Shown here in pieces: positions 48,761 through 60,300 of a DNA stretch of 64,000 nt. The notes under the pieces were generated by a model. The model did not search any database and had not been told where the DNA came from. It saw only the letters and a program-made list of their open reading frames with translations. Both the position numbers and the translations under genes were made by a program. The stretch covers positions 2,542,001 to 2,606,000 of the forward strand of contig JBHGNT010000018.1 in the NCBI GenBank assembly GCA_043228905.1. Reading direction: 5' to 3'. Source of the DNA: Azolla caroliniana. Taxonomy: Eukaryota > Plantae > Polypodiophyta. How positions within the stretch are numbered: position 1 is the stretch's first letter; each line of letters starts with the position of its first letter.

Positions 48761-51700
48761 TCATGCCCGTAACATACTCCCCCTCTTTAAAACATTGCAC
48801 TCTTGCAATGGAAAGTTAGGGAAGTTAGTTCTAAGAGTATTTTCGCATTCCCATGTGGCATCTTTTATTGATTTATCCATCCATTTTATTTTGAATTCTC
48901 GGATTTCTTTAGTTCGTAATTTTTTTGTTTTAACATCGAGAATTCTTTCTGGCACATGTGGTTTAGAAGATAATTCTTCAGAAGTAACCAGAGTTTCAGT
49001 TGTAACTGTATTGTCGCCAGAACCTAGAAGTTCTTTTAGACGACTCACATGAAAGACTGGATGAATTCCGACACCATCGGGAAGAGCGAGACGATAGGCT
49101 GATGACCCAATGCGTTTGAGGACTGTAAAAGGTCCACAAAACCGTGGGGCTAACTTAGCGCACTTACCCGTAGACAATGTCTTAGAATTGTGAGGTACAC
49201 GTAAAAATACCTTCTGTCCAGGGTTGAATACACGAGGTTGCCTATGATGATCGGCATAAAAACGCGCTCTATCTTGAGCTGTTTTTATATTATCTCGTGC
49301 AATATGCAACATATCTTGCATATCCCGAAGAAAGTTTTGCGTACTTCGCAACTCATCATGATGTATAGTAACATCAATCGGGGCTCGTGGCTGAAAACCA
49401 TACATCAACATAAAAGGACTATATCCCGTCGACGTATGCTTGGAGCTGTTATAAGAAAACTCCAAAATTGGGAGATAACGTTCCCATTTTGTTGGTTTTG
49501 CACCAACGTATGCTCGAAGCATGTCCTCAATAATTTGATTTACTCGTTCTGTCTGTCCATCGGATTGAGGATGATCCGTGGAGCTCATGCTCAACGTAGT
49601 TTCTAACTTCTTAAAGATTTGCGTCCAGAAGTCACTAGTAAACTTTGGATCTCGATCACTCACGATATCCATCGGTAACCCATAAAAACGAAACAATTCG
49701 TCAACGAATTGGTAAGCCAGTTCAGGAGCCGTTACCGTGGTTTTAGTAGCAATAAATCTGGCCATTTTAGTTAGTCGATCAACGACAACCCAGATGGCAT
49801 CATGACCTTTTTGGGTGCGAGGAAGGCTAACAATAAAATCCATGGATATACTTTCCCACTTATTATTGGGAATGTCCAAGGGATGTAAAAGTCCTGCGAC
49901 TTTAAGTCGCTCGGCTTTGTTAACCTGACACTGGTGACATTTAGTCACATAGCTATGTATGTCAGGACGCATCTTAGGCCAATAAAATTGAGTGGAGATG
50001 AGAACGAGTGTACGATGTATTCCAGGGTGCCCTGCTGAGGGTGCATCATGGCATTCAAAAAGAATCCTCTTTTTGACCTCGGGTAAATCTGGAACACAAA
50101 CCTTCCCATTACGGTAGAGCAAACCGTTAGCAATGTGGAAGTATTCCTTCGAGGATGTGGTGGTGTCTGTTCCAAACTCAACTCTTGCCCAGTATTTTGC
50201 GAAATAACTGTCATCAGGATACTTTCCTCGAAGGTGATCATAAAGATCTGATGATATTTCAGTGAAGCTAAGCGTGTTAACTTCACGGATGCGACTTAGT
50301 GCATCAGCGACAGTGTTCATGGAACCTTTATGATATCGTATGGAAAAATCAAAGTCCTGGATGAGATCAGCCCATCGTGCCTTACGACCTTTCAGGTCTT
50401 GTTGGTCACAAAAATATTTCAAGGACTCGTGGTCTGTAGTTACCACAAAGTGATTTCCATAAAGATAATGGCGCCATGTTTTGAGCGCATGTATAACTGC
50501 AAATAATTCCTTTTCTTGAACGGTATACCGACATTGAGCAGAATCAAGTTTCTTACTCTCGAATGCTATTGGTTTACCATCTTGATACAAGACAACACCT
50601 ATAGCATAATCGCTTGCATCGGTTTCAACCTCAAAAGGTTTTGAAGGATCGGGTAAAAGAAGTGAAGGAGCCTTGCAAACCAGGTCCTTGAGTTCCTTAA
50701 AGGCAAGGTCTAGTGTAGCATTCCACACAATAGGTTTTGTAGACTTACGCGTTTGACCTTTTAAAAGATCAGTAAACGGCGTCGTCAATTGGGAGTAATT
50801 ACGAAGAGACTTTCGCAAAAACCCCACAAAACCAAGGAATGATCTAACTTCTCGAATATTCCGAAGAGTGGGCCAAAGCTTGATTTTCTCAATGCGAGAA
50901 GGATCAATTTCAACTCCTCGTTCGGTTATGAGATGTCCTAGATAAGTAATTGATTTCTTGAAGAACTCACATTTTGAGATCTTCGCATAAAACTGTTTGT
51001 CACGCAATGTTTGTAAAACAAAGCGGACATGTCTAGCATGTTCTTGTAATGTACGGCTATAAACTAAAATATCATCCAAGAAAATAACGACAAATTTTCC
51101 AAGTTGTTCTCGGAAAATGTCATTCATTTCTTGTTGAAAAGTAGCCGGAGCATTGGTCAAACCAAAAGGCATAACCAAAAACTTGTAATGGCCATAGCGC
51201 GTACAAAATGCCGTTTTAGGAACATCGTCCTCACTTATTCTTATTTGATGGTAGCCAGTACGAAGATCAAGTTTCGTAAAATACCGAGCTCCCTGGAGAC
51301 GGTCAATTAGATCGTCAGCCCGGGGCAATGGATACGAATTCTTGATCGTCACTTTATTCAAGCGTCGGTAATTAATACACATACGCCATGTGCCCTCTTT
51401 CTTTTTAACCAAGAGAACTGGTGCACCCCATGGAGATTTACTATAACGTATATAACCCATTCGTAAATAGTCCTTGAGTTGCTTAGATACCTCATCTTCT
51501 TCGGATCGACTTAAGCGATACGGAGGTATACTTATTGGTGCAACACCAGGTACAATATCTATACGATGGTCTATATTACGTTTAGGAGGTAACCCATAAG
51601 GTAGTTCACTTGGAAAAACATCATGAAAATCATTTAAGATTTCATCAAGTTGTTGTTGTTCAAAATATGTTAATTGAATCGGGACATTATCGATATTGTA

Positions 51701-53125
51701 AACGTGAATGTCCGGATCAAGTACACAATAAAATAACGTAGAACAAGACAACTCGGATATTGATGGACACGAGGAAACAATCGAGAGGGATTGTTTTTTT
51801 ACACATTGAATAAAATGCGTACAATCGTTCAATACAAAAGAAATGGAATGACGAACCCAATCAATAAATAAAGAAGAGTTTTTATTATAAAACCAGGGAT
51901 AACCCAGTATTACATCGGTGGTACAAAGATTCATTACATGGAAGTCTACTTCCTCTATATAAGTATCAATAGAAATTCCTAATGAATGAATCGCCCCGTT
52001 GATGTATTGTACTCTTCCATCAGCCAAGTGCACCGTGTAGGTGTGATCACTTACGGTGGGTTGGATTCCCCATATCTGAACCAAACGATCATTCACAAAA
52101 TTGTGTGAGCTTCCCGAATCAAATAAAAATTGTACGGGAGATCCATTGATATACCCGTTTGCACGTAGTAAATCATTGGGACCCAATACATAGTGAGGGA
52201 AAGAACATTGACAATTACTTAAATGATGTGTATAGACCTGAAGGACATTAGGAATCTGACCTTTATGGTCTGCAGCTTTAGCTTTGTTGTCATGCTCTTT
52301 CCGTTGGAGCTTTCGACATTGATCTTTTGTATGACCCTTCTTTTTGCAGAATACACAAAAAGGATGTTGTCGCTTACAATCGCGATCCAGGAATTCGTTG
52401 GGTGTCTTGCGTTTCCCAACAAATTGCGACTGCTTAGTCCCGGGCGCTTCGTTGGGTTTGTTATGGTCCTTCTTCGAAGTGCGTTGATAGCGAAGAACTA
52501 TTTCAACGGCCTCTTCAAAGGATTTTGGATCCTTATCGTGCACTATCCAGTGATAGTCCGAATTGGGGATGCCATTGACAAAACAAGCTATCAACCAATT
52601 GTCCCCTTCTAGACCCGATTTTTGGATTTGGGTTCTAGCATGGTGAACATAGTCTTCTAGCGAGGAAAATTTCCTGCTAGAGAGGTTCATTAAAGCTTGT
52701 GCTGCCTCGGTTCGAGAGGGAGGTTGCAGAAATTGGCCCTTAAAAACCGTGACAAAATCTGTCCAGGTATCGGGCAATTTCCCCATAGTACGGAGGCCAC
52801 GCCACCAGGCGGCGGCCTTACCCCCGAGTTCTCGGCCGACATATGCAATCTTCGTACTATCTGGCGTGGGATAGAGCTCAAAATGAGACTCCCATCGTCC
52901 CAGCCATGTGCAGATTGCTTCTTCGGTTCTTTCCTTTTTGTCTCCCGTAAATGGCTTAACGACAAATGATGGTTCACCTTGTCGCTCATCAGGTCTATTA
53001 GTCTCACGTTGTAGACTAATGACACGTGCCTCAAGAGCACTCTGAGATTGCCGAAGTTCGGTCATCTGTTGAGCGGTGAAACTAAGGAATTGGGTTATTT
53101 GTGCCAAATACATCTCAGTGGACAT
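48761..53125 (-). CDS. Gag-Pol polyprotein, 1454 aa (gag, zinc knuckle, protease, RT, RNase H, integrase, chromodomain)
   Basis: Single ORF: [83 protein letters not shown]. Stop lies inside the 3' LTR. Confidence 0.93.
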   Translation of the reverse strand: MSTEMYLAQITQFLSFTAQQMTELRQSQSALEARVISLQRETNRPDERQGEPSFVVKPFTGDKKERTEEAICTWLGRWESHFELYPTPDSTKIAYVGRELGGKAAAWWRGLRTMGKLPDTWTDFVTVFKGQFLQPPSRTEAAQALMNLSSRKFSSLEDYVHHARTQIQKSGLEGDNWLIACFVNGIPNSDYHWIVHDKDPKSFEEAVEIVLRYQRTSKKDHNKPNEAPGTKQSQFVGKRKTPNEFLDRDCKRQHPFCVFCKKKGHTKDQCRKLQRKEHDNKAKAADHKGQIPNVLQVYTHHLSNCQCSFPHYVLGPNDLLRANGYINGSPVQFLFDSGSSHNFVNDRLVQIWGIQPTVSDHTYTVHLADGRVQYINGAIHSLGISIDTYIEEVDFHVMNLCTTDVILGYPWFYNKNSSLFIDWVRHSISFVLNDCTHFIQCVKKQSLSIVSSCPSISELSCSTLFYCVLDPDIHVYNIDNVPIQLTYFEQQQLDEILNDFHDVFPSELPYGLPPKRNIDHRIDIVPGVAPISIPPYRLSRSEEDEVSKQLKDYLRMGYIRYSKSPWGAPVLLVKKKEGTWRMCINYRRLNKVTIKNSYPLPRADDLIDRLQGARYFTKLDLRTGYHQIRISEDDVPKTAFCTRYGHYKFLVMPFGLTNAPATFQQEMNDIFREQLGKFVVIFLDDILVYSRTLQEHARHVRFVLQTLRDKQFYAKISKCEFFKKSITYLGHLITERGVEIDPSRIEKIKLWPTLRNIREVRSFLGFVGFLRKSLRNYSQLTTPFTDLLKGQTRKSTKPIVWNATLDLAFKELKDLVCKAPSLLLPDPSKPFEVETDASDYAIGVVLYQDGKPIAFESKKLDSAQCRYTVQEKELFAVIHALKTWRHYLYGNHFVVTTDHESLKYFCDQQDLKGRKARWADLIQDFDFSIRYHKGSMNTVADALSRIREVNTLSFTEISSDLYDHLRGKYPDDSYFAKYWARVEFGTDTTTSSKEYFHIANGLLYRNGKVCVPDLPEVKKRILFECHDAPSAGHPGIHRTLVLISTQFYWPKMRPDIHSYVTKCHQCQVNKAERLKVAGLLHPLDIPNNKWESISMDFIVSLPRTQKGHDAIWVVVDRLTKMARFIATKTTVTAPELAYQFVDELFRFYGLPMDIVSDRDPKFTSDFWTQIFKKLETTLSMSSTDHPQSDGQTERVNQIIEDMLRAYVGAKPTKWERYLPILEFSYNSSKHTSTGYSPFMLMYGFQPRAPIDVTIHHDELRSTQNFLRDMQDMLHIARDNIKTAQDRARFYADHHRQPRVFNPGQKVFLRVPHNSKTLSTGKCAKLAPRFCGPFTVLKRIGSSAYRLALPDGVGIHPVFHVSRLKELLGSGDNTVTTETLVTSEELSSKPHVPERILDVKTKKLRTKEIREFKIKWMDKSIKDATWECENTLRTNFPNFPLQECNVLKRGSMLRA

Positions 53126-54371
53126 TTGTCCAGGAGGATTCCCTTGAGTTCCTTACGCTTGAGCGGATGACATCGGGTCGTTAATTTGAGCCATTAAAGA
53201 TTATTTCTGGAAAAGAAATAGGATAAGGTCAGAGATATAGTCATAACATCATGTCGTGATGTAAACATATCATGGGCGAGCATTAATCGATATCATTATC
53301 TCACGTCAATACCCCTCTAGACGTATGAGATGAGGTTCAAGATCAGGTTACTATGGTAACACAAAGGTGTTTTAAAAACCATGGGGGTGACAAATAAATG
53401 TCTTTCCCTGATCTCTATATCGATTTTTTCATGGTGGCTCCCCGAGGCTCAACCATGTATGTTCGCGTCATGAATAGTTTATACACGAAAAAAATGTTAA
53501 CAATAAACTATGTTTCAGTGCCCACATATGTGGTTTCGGCTCTTTAAGTCCTATTACGAGGACCCCGAGGTGCACTTAGACCTTAAGTCTAAACATGTGT
53601 TATAGTCATATGTATCAAGGATGTTGTATGGTCTTGGTCATATTTGAACTCGAGACCTCGAGAACAAATACATTAAACACTTGAGCCAACCAAGTAAGTT
53701 GCTCTTCTCAAATGCTTAATGTTTGATGCGTATAAGAGATATGCGAGGCAATTGATCATATATGTTTTTTTAAAAGAACATATATGTCAAGGTCCTTATT
53801 TCGCCCTCATTTACCAAAACTATGTTGGTACGCTACCTAACCTCAAGTCTCGTAATTACGATGGCATACGCCAAAGTGCAACCTAATGGTCAAGCCAAAT
53901 GAGCCCTTGTTTCGTAGTAGGCTCACGTGGGCCATCACATGGTCACGTCATTACGAATGCCTCTCGTAAGAACGAGCTCATGGTGGCATCGTATCCATGT
54001 AACGAGGGAGGGATGTTGGATACACGCGTCATTGGAGCGACCTCACTTGAAGTGGGTCAAGCCCTACGTACTCAACATCATTTTGGCTATTGGCGTTTCT
54101 TTACGTAACGAAATCGAGGTCGTCAACGGGGTTATCAACAATAAAAAAATGTTGAAAAAGGGATGGTGACAACGCCATTCTCACAAAAATGTGAGGACGG
54201 CCACCAACATCCTTTTCCCGATCATGACAACTTTCGATATAATCACGTAATAACGAATATACACATATGTTTACTTATCACATATATACGATCAAATACG
54301 TATATATGTGACCACATATGCCTATATTCAACATATCGTTATGGTAAATAGCCACAAATGATGTGATCGAG

Positions 54372-54635
54372 ATACGTAATCGAGGTATATACCTCTACGC
54401 ACACGAAACATCCACAAATAAGAGATCATCGTAATACGCAATGGAGGTATTGACCTCTTACGCATACGAGACCAAACGCATATCGTTTACAACAAATCAA
54501 GGTATTAAACTCATACGCAAACGTAACATATGTTCGTGAACGTAATACGTAATTGAGGTATTAACCTCGTACGCATACGACACTCATCACATATTATTAA
54601 CATGTCAAACGAGGTATTGACCTCGTGCACATATG
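54372..54635. repeat. Five-unit hairpin repeat array in the inner Gypsy 5' leader
   Basis: GAGGT-N4-ACCTC palindromes at 54382, 54444, 54499 (degenerate), 54555 and 54611. Confidence 0.85.
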
Positions 54636-54881
54636 TAAATGTTTTAGATAATCAATTAAAGACCACTACAACATCATTGACTTAATGAAAAAAATTACAT
54701 ATAAACTAAACACATGATTAGATGGGAGAAGAGAGAATAGAAAGAAAAATTCTGGAAAGAATTACCGAAGTTCTTTGTTGATCGTTGTCTGGATCAAGGC
54801 CAACCGCACAACGATCGATCAGCATCAATCAAAAGACAAATGAAAAACAAAGAAACATTAGTACAAAAATCTGATACCAAA

Positions 54882-56100
54882 TATTATAGATCATAGCACT
54901 AATGTAAGCTTAAGATAAGGATAAAGAATTGAAAGATAGAAAGGAGAAAGAGAATGAAGGGTGCCGATCCACCCGACCACCCCCGAGCGAAGGGATCGAG
55001 ACGGACTCGAGCCTCGATCGGCGTCCCATACCACCGCCGTGGCGTCGAGTCGTACCTGGTGCTGGAGCGCTCGCTACAAAAGTTGACCCACCACATGAGC
55101 AGAGTCTCGATGTAGTCAAAAGATGATCAAATGAGGGTAGCTAGGCCTCTTATTTATAGTGATACCCAAGCCCCCCAGGCTAGTTCACACTTGACCTAAT
55201 GGGTTGTCTCAATCCCGAGGATTAAAAGTAATCCTCCCCTCCTTTACACTCTCGTTTAACCCTCACACTTATCCACGTGTATAGAATACTACGGTAAATT
55301 CTTACCACGGGATATTATATGGTCATGCCCGTAACATAAAGGGTGCCGATCCACCCGACCACCCCCGAGCGAAGGGATCGAGACGGACTCGAGCCTCGAT
55401 CGGCGTCCCATACCACCGCCGTGGCATCGAGTCGTACCTAGTGCTGGAGTGCTCGCTACAAAAGTTGACCCACCACACGAGCAGAGTCTCGATGTAGTCA
55501 AAAGATGATCAAATGAGGGTAGCTAGGCCTCTTATTTATAGCGATACCCAAGGCCCCCAGGCTAGTTCACACTTGACCTAATGGGTTGTCTCAATCCCGA
55601 GGATTAAAAGTAATCCTCCCCTCCTTTACACTCTCGTTTAACCCTCACACTTATCCACGTGTATAGAATACTACGGTAAATTCTTACCACGGGATATTAT
55701 ATGGTCATGCCCGTAACATAAAGGGTGCCGATCCACCCGACCACCCCCGAGCGAAGGGATCGAGACGGACTCGAGCCTCGATCGGCGTCCCATACCACCG
55801 CCGTGGCATCGAGTCGTACCTAGTGCTGGAGCGCTCGCTACAAAAGTTGACCCACCACACGAGCAGAGTCTCGATGTAGTCAAAAGATGATCAAATGAGG
55901 GTAGCTAGGCCTCTTATTTATAGCGATACCCAAGGCCCCCAGGCTAGTTCACACTTGACCTAATGGGTTGTCTCAATCCCGAGGATTAAAAGTAATCCTC
56001 CCCTCCTTTACACTCTCGTTTAACCCTCACACTTATCCACGTGTATAGAATACTACGGTAAATTCTTACCACGGGATATTATATGGTCATGCCCGTAACA
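54882..56100 (-). repeat. Tandem LTR array: full 5' LTR (54882-55336) plus two 382-bp partial copies (55337-55718, 55719-56100)
   Basis: Near-identical direct repeats with a 382-bp period. Confidence 0.95.
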
Positions 56101-57308
56101 CATCCCGTATAAGCATAAAATGGCATAACTTTAGTGGATCCGTGGATAGAGTTGTTATAGGCAAATTCGGCAAAGTGGAGAATATTTGCCCAGTCATCCT
56201 GATGATAGCTGAGAAAGCACCACAGATATTGCTCCAACGTTTGATTTGTTCGTTCGGCTTGGCCGTCACTTTGTGGGTGGTAGCCGGATGAGAGGTTACA
56301 AGTGACCTTGAGCATGTTAAAAAGGTGCTTCCAGAATTTTGACACGAATTGGGGTCCACGGTCATTGATGATATTATCGGGAAGTCCATGATGCCGACAT
56401 ACTTCACGCATGACAATTTCGACAGTGTCTTCACTGGAGATCTCCTTAGTACATGGCAAGAAATGAGCCATCTTCGTATATTGATCGACCACCGTTAGAA
56501 TCACATTGAACCCCTTAGAGATTGGAAGATCTGTGATGAAGTCTAGAGCAATGGATTGCCACGGCTTGCTTGGAATTGGTAATGGTTCTAATAAACCAAA
56601 ATGCCCAGTTGTATATGTGTCATGACAGTTTTGTACTATTCGGAGGTGGCAAGAACCATTAGGAACATATAAAAGTTCTTTAAAGAAGAGTAATCCATCA
56701 TGGTATTTGAATTGCCGATAGTCCGTACCTGGTGGTTGCGACTGTGAACACGACGCTTGAGAGGGATCAATTTGTGCTAGTATAGCTTGGGCGAACGCAT
56801 CTGTCTTCATGTCTTCACGTATGGTATCGATAACGTGGGAATCCATGGGCATGTCAAAGATCTGTGTTGCTTGTAGTCGTGCCGGTCCCAAGATGACTTG
56901 TTTTTGGTTATCGAAAGCTGGCTCGCCGGGACGGGGTGCTAGATATGAACGCCGTGATAATGCATCTGCCTTCCCTTGGTGCTTCCCCGGACGATATGTA
57001 ATTTTGAAGTCGAAACGCGTGAGGAAGTGGGCCCACCGAGCTTGACGTCGATTCAACACATGAGCATCCTGAAAGTAAGCAAGGTTCTTGTGGTCACTAA
57101 ATACGGTGACTGGATGAGAGGATCCCTCTAGAAAATGCCTCCATTGCATAAAAGAATCCACTATTGCCAATAGCTCCTTATCATGAATTTCGTAGTTGAT
57201 TTCGGCGGCGTCAAACTTGCGTGAGTGAAAAGCCACAGGATGTAGCTTCTAATCATTCCCCTGTTGTGACAGAATGCTCCCCAATGCAAAATCCGATGCG
57301 TCAGCTTC

Positions 57309-60300
57309 TGTAGAAAATAACGTGCGGAAGCAAGTATGAAAACCGAACAGAAGGGAGGAAACTCAGGTTCAATGGAGAGCTTGGGCTTACACGGTATATG
57401 CAAGAGAGACAGAGAGAGAAAGCAGAAACACTATATTCAATAATAATACTCAGTCTATGTGTATACATAACACGTGCTCAGTGAGCACTTTTATACAACT
57501 CCTAAAAGGACTGACCGAAGTACTGACAGTACTTCAATGCTCATCAAGAGCCCCTACACTAACTCCCAAATATATTCCTCACGGAATATCTTTCCTAACG
57601 ATCTCTCGGTTTATGTAATCGGCCTAACCGATCGGTCCCAACCGATCCGGTCCTCGGCTTCTTCAGCCGATCCGGCCGATGTTGAGCTTGTCTCTCAACA
57701 CTCCCCCTCAAGCTCAACTTGAGGCTCTTCGGGATCTTCACAACACCGGTTCCTCCTGGCTTCTCGCCTCGCTCGCGCTCCTCGACCTGTTCGACTCCGC
57801 GCGCTTCGACCCTTCCAGTCGGCTTGTCTGCTCATGCGGCCCTTATCAGCTCTTTTGCTGTTGCGGTGTTGACGCTTCTCCTGCTGCCTTTTCTTCCGCT
57901 TGGGCCTCGGTTGATTCAGCGTGTCTGAATCAAACATCCAAACCGACTCGGCTACCTCCGATCGGTCTTCGCTCTCGTCTGAGTTGGCTGTCTCCAACTC
58001 GTCTTCGGTCTTCTTGCCCTCGATGGCGTCATCCTCCTCATGCATGGTTGGCTTCGGCTCTCTCCTTCGGTTGCTCCCCTTCTGTCCGCTTTCGAACTTT
58101 TCCGCGGGTCCGCCCTCGGCTTCTTCAGCCGATCCGATGTCGAACTCGACAACCGACTCGGCGTCGCGGTGTCCGCTCCTTTCCTGCTGCTTTGCTTGGT
58201 CGTTCGGGACTGTTCTCCCCCTCAAGCTCGGCACATCGAGGTGACGCAACCCGAGCGCACCTGAGAATTGCCGCAACTTGTCCAGACCAAGAGGCTTGGT
58301 GAAGATGTCGGCAGTTTGCCGATCCGTCGGAACGTACTGAAGCTCGACTTCACCGGAAAGGACACGCTCACGGACGAAATGGTAGTGCACCTCAATGTGC
58401 TTGGTCCGTGCGTGGAAGACGGGGTTCTTCGCGAGCTGGATGCTGCTGAGGTTGTCCCAGTAGATCGTTGTCGGATCTGACACCTCCACGTGCAGGTCTT
58501 TAAGTAGCCGCTTCAACCATATGGCTTCGCATGTCGCGACAGCCGCTCCTCGGTACTCAGCTTCGGTGCTCGACAGTGCAACTATCGGCTGCTTCTTACT
58601 GCTCCAGGCGATCGCAGCACTCCCGAGAGAGAACGCGTATCCAGACGTGGATCGGCGATCGGCGACGTTGCTAGCTCAATCAGCATCGGTGTAGCCAACT
58701 AACTGCGCGGCTGTACCGGTCCGATATAGCAGTCCTCGGTCCTTAGTGCCATATACGTATCGCAGTACGCGTTGCGCACACTGAAGGTGCTCCTCGGTAG
58801 GTCGCGCCATGAACTGACTGATCACCCCGACTAGATAACTAAGGTCGGGTCGGGTGATGGTCAAGTATATGAGGCTTCCGACAATTTGCCGGAACCTCGT
58901 CGGGTCGCATACCTTTCTCGTATCGGGACAAAGCTTGATGGTTCTGTCCAGAGGAGTCGAGACGGTCTTACAGTCGGCCATCCCGAATTTGAAGAGCATA
59001 CTCAGCACGTAGTGACGTTGGCTGATCAATATGCCTTCGGGGGTACGGATCACTTCGATCCCGAGGAAGTAATGAAGGTCCCCCAGATCCTTCATGTCGA
59101 ACGATGCCGCAAGCTAGAGCTTCACGCGATCGATTTCACCTAGGTCGGCGCCGGTGATGACCAAGTCATCAACATACAGTAAAATACTAACTGGTCCGAG
59201 TCGACCTTTCCGGATGAACAGGGAAGAGTTCGATTTTGTCGTGACGAAGCCCATCCGACGCAGTTGTTGCGTGATCTTCGCGTTCCAGGCACGCGGGGCT
59301 TGCTTCAGTCCGTAAAGGGACTTCTTCAGTCGGCATATTGCCGAGGAGTTCGTTCCGAAGTGAAATCCGGGGGGCTGTACCATGTACACTTGTTCCTCAG
59401 GTCACCTTGCAGGAACACATTCTTTACATCCATTTGATGTAAGTGCCACCCCTTGGCCGCGGCTACTGCGAGCAAAACACGGACGGTCGTCATTTTCGCG
59501 ACCGGCGCAAACGTCTCATCGTAGTTGATGCCGTGTTTCTGCGCGTAGCCCTTTGCCACTAGCCGAGCCTTGTACCGGTTGACCGAGCCATTGGTGTTGT
59601 ACTTGACCTTGTACACCCATCTACACCCGATCGGCTTCACACCCTTCGGTGCGTCAACCAGGTCCCAGGTCTCGTTCTCCGCCAATGCGTGCATCTCTTC
59701 CTCCATCACGGCGCGCCAATTCGCGTCCTTCACCGCTTCTGCGTAGCTCTCCGGCTCACGCACTTCCGCTACACGGATCATGTACGCATAATGATGCGCC
59801 ATGTACTCCTTGTATCTGAACCGCACAACTGGGTTCTTCTGGCGGGTAGATCGGCGTAATCTCACATTAGTCGATGTCGAGGCCTTCTCGGTCGACGCGG
59901 TCTTCACCTTTAAAGACCCGTCACCGGTTCCCTCGGAGTCGGACTCGCGTTGGTCTGGCTCGTTCCTTTCCGTGCCAGAATCCGACACCTTCTTCTTCCC
60001 TTTTTCTTTGCGCGTAAGCCGTCTCCTCCGCTTCCTGCACGGGGAATGCACGGCCGAGTCTCCACTACTCGCCGGCTCTTCATCGGACTGGTCGTACCGA
60101 CTCAGTCGTCCAATCGGTCCACTTAACTGGAGTGAAATTGGACTCTCTTCGCGGGTCTCGATTTCGGGCTCATCCAGAGGCATCTCGGCCTCGCTGACCT
60201 CATTGTCAGAACACGGATTGGATTCGGGGCTCGGAGTCGTGGGCTGGTACCAGGACGCGGACTCGTCAAACACAACGTCACGGCTAACGCGCGCTTGTTT

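Larger units (their letters stand above)
48320..56100 (-). mobile_element. Inner Ty3/Gypsy chromovirus, near-intact, inserted in the outer Gypsy integrase
   Basis: TSD CATCC at 48315-48319 and 56101-56105; 455-bp LTRs 48320-48774 and 54882-55336 (~6 differences by eye); two extra 382-bp LTR copies; PBS TGGTATCAGA 54879-54870; PPT 48792-48775. Confidence 0.96.

Noticed and set aside
54372-54635. CRISPR array
   Set aside because: Eukaryotic retrotransposon leader with no cas genes; repeats are short and variable and spacers share motifs (CGTAATACG, CATAT). Kept as a hairpin array.
48337-55883. Repeated 65-70 aa ORFs (MTTSRLCSCGG...)
   Set aside because: They recur only because they lie within the LTR copies; no coding evidence.
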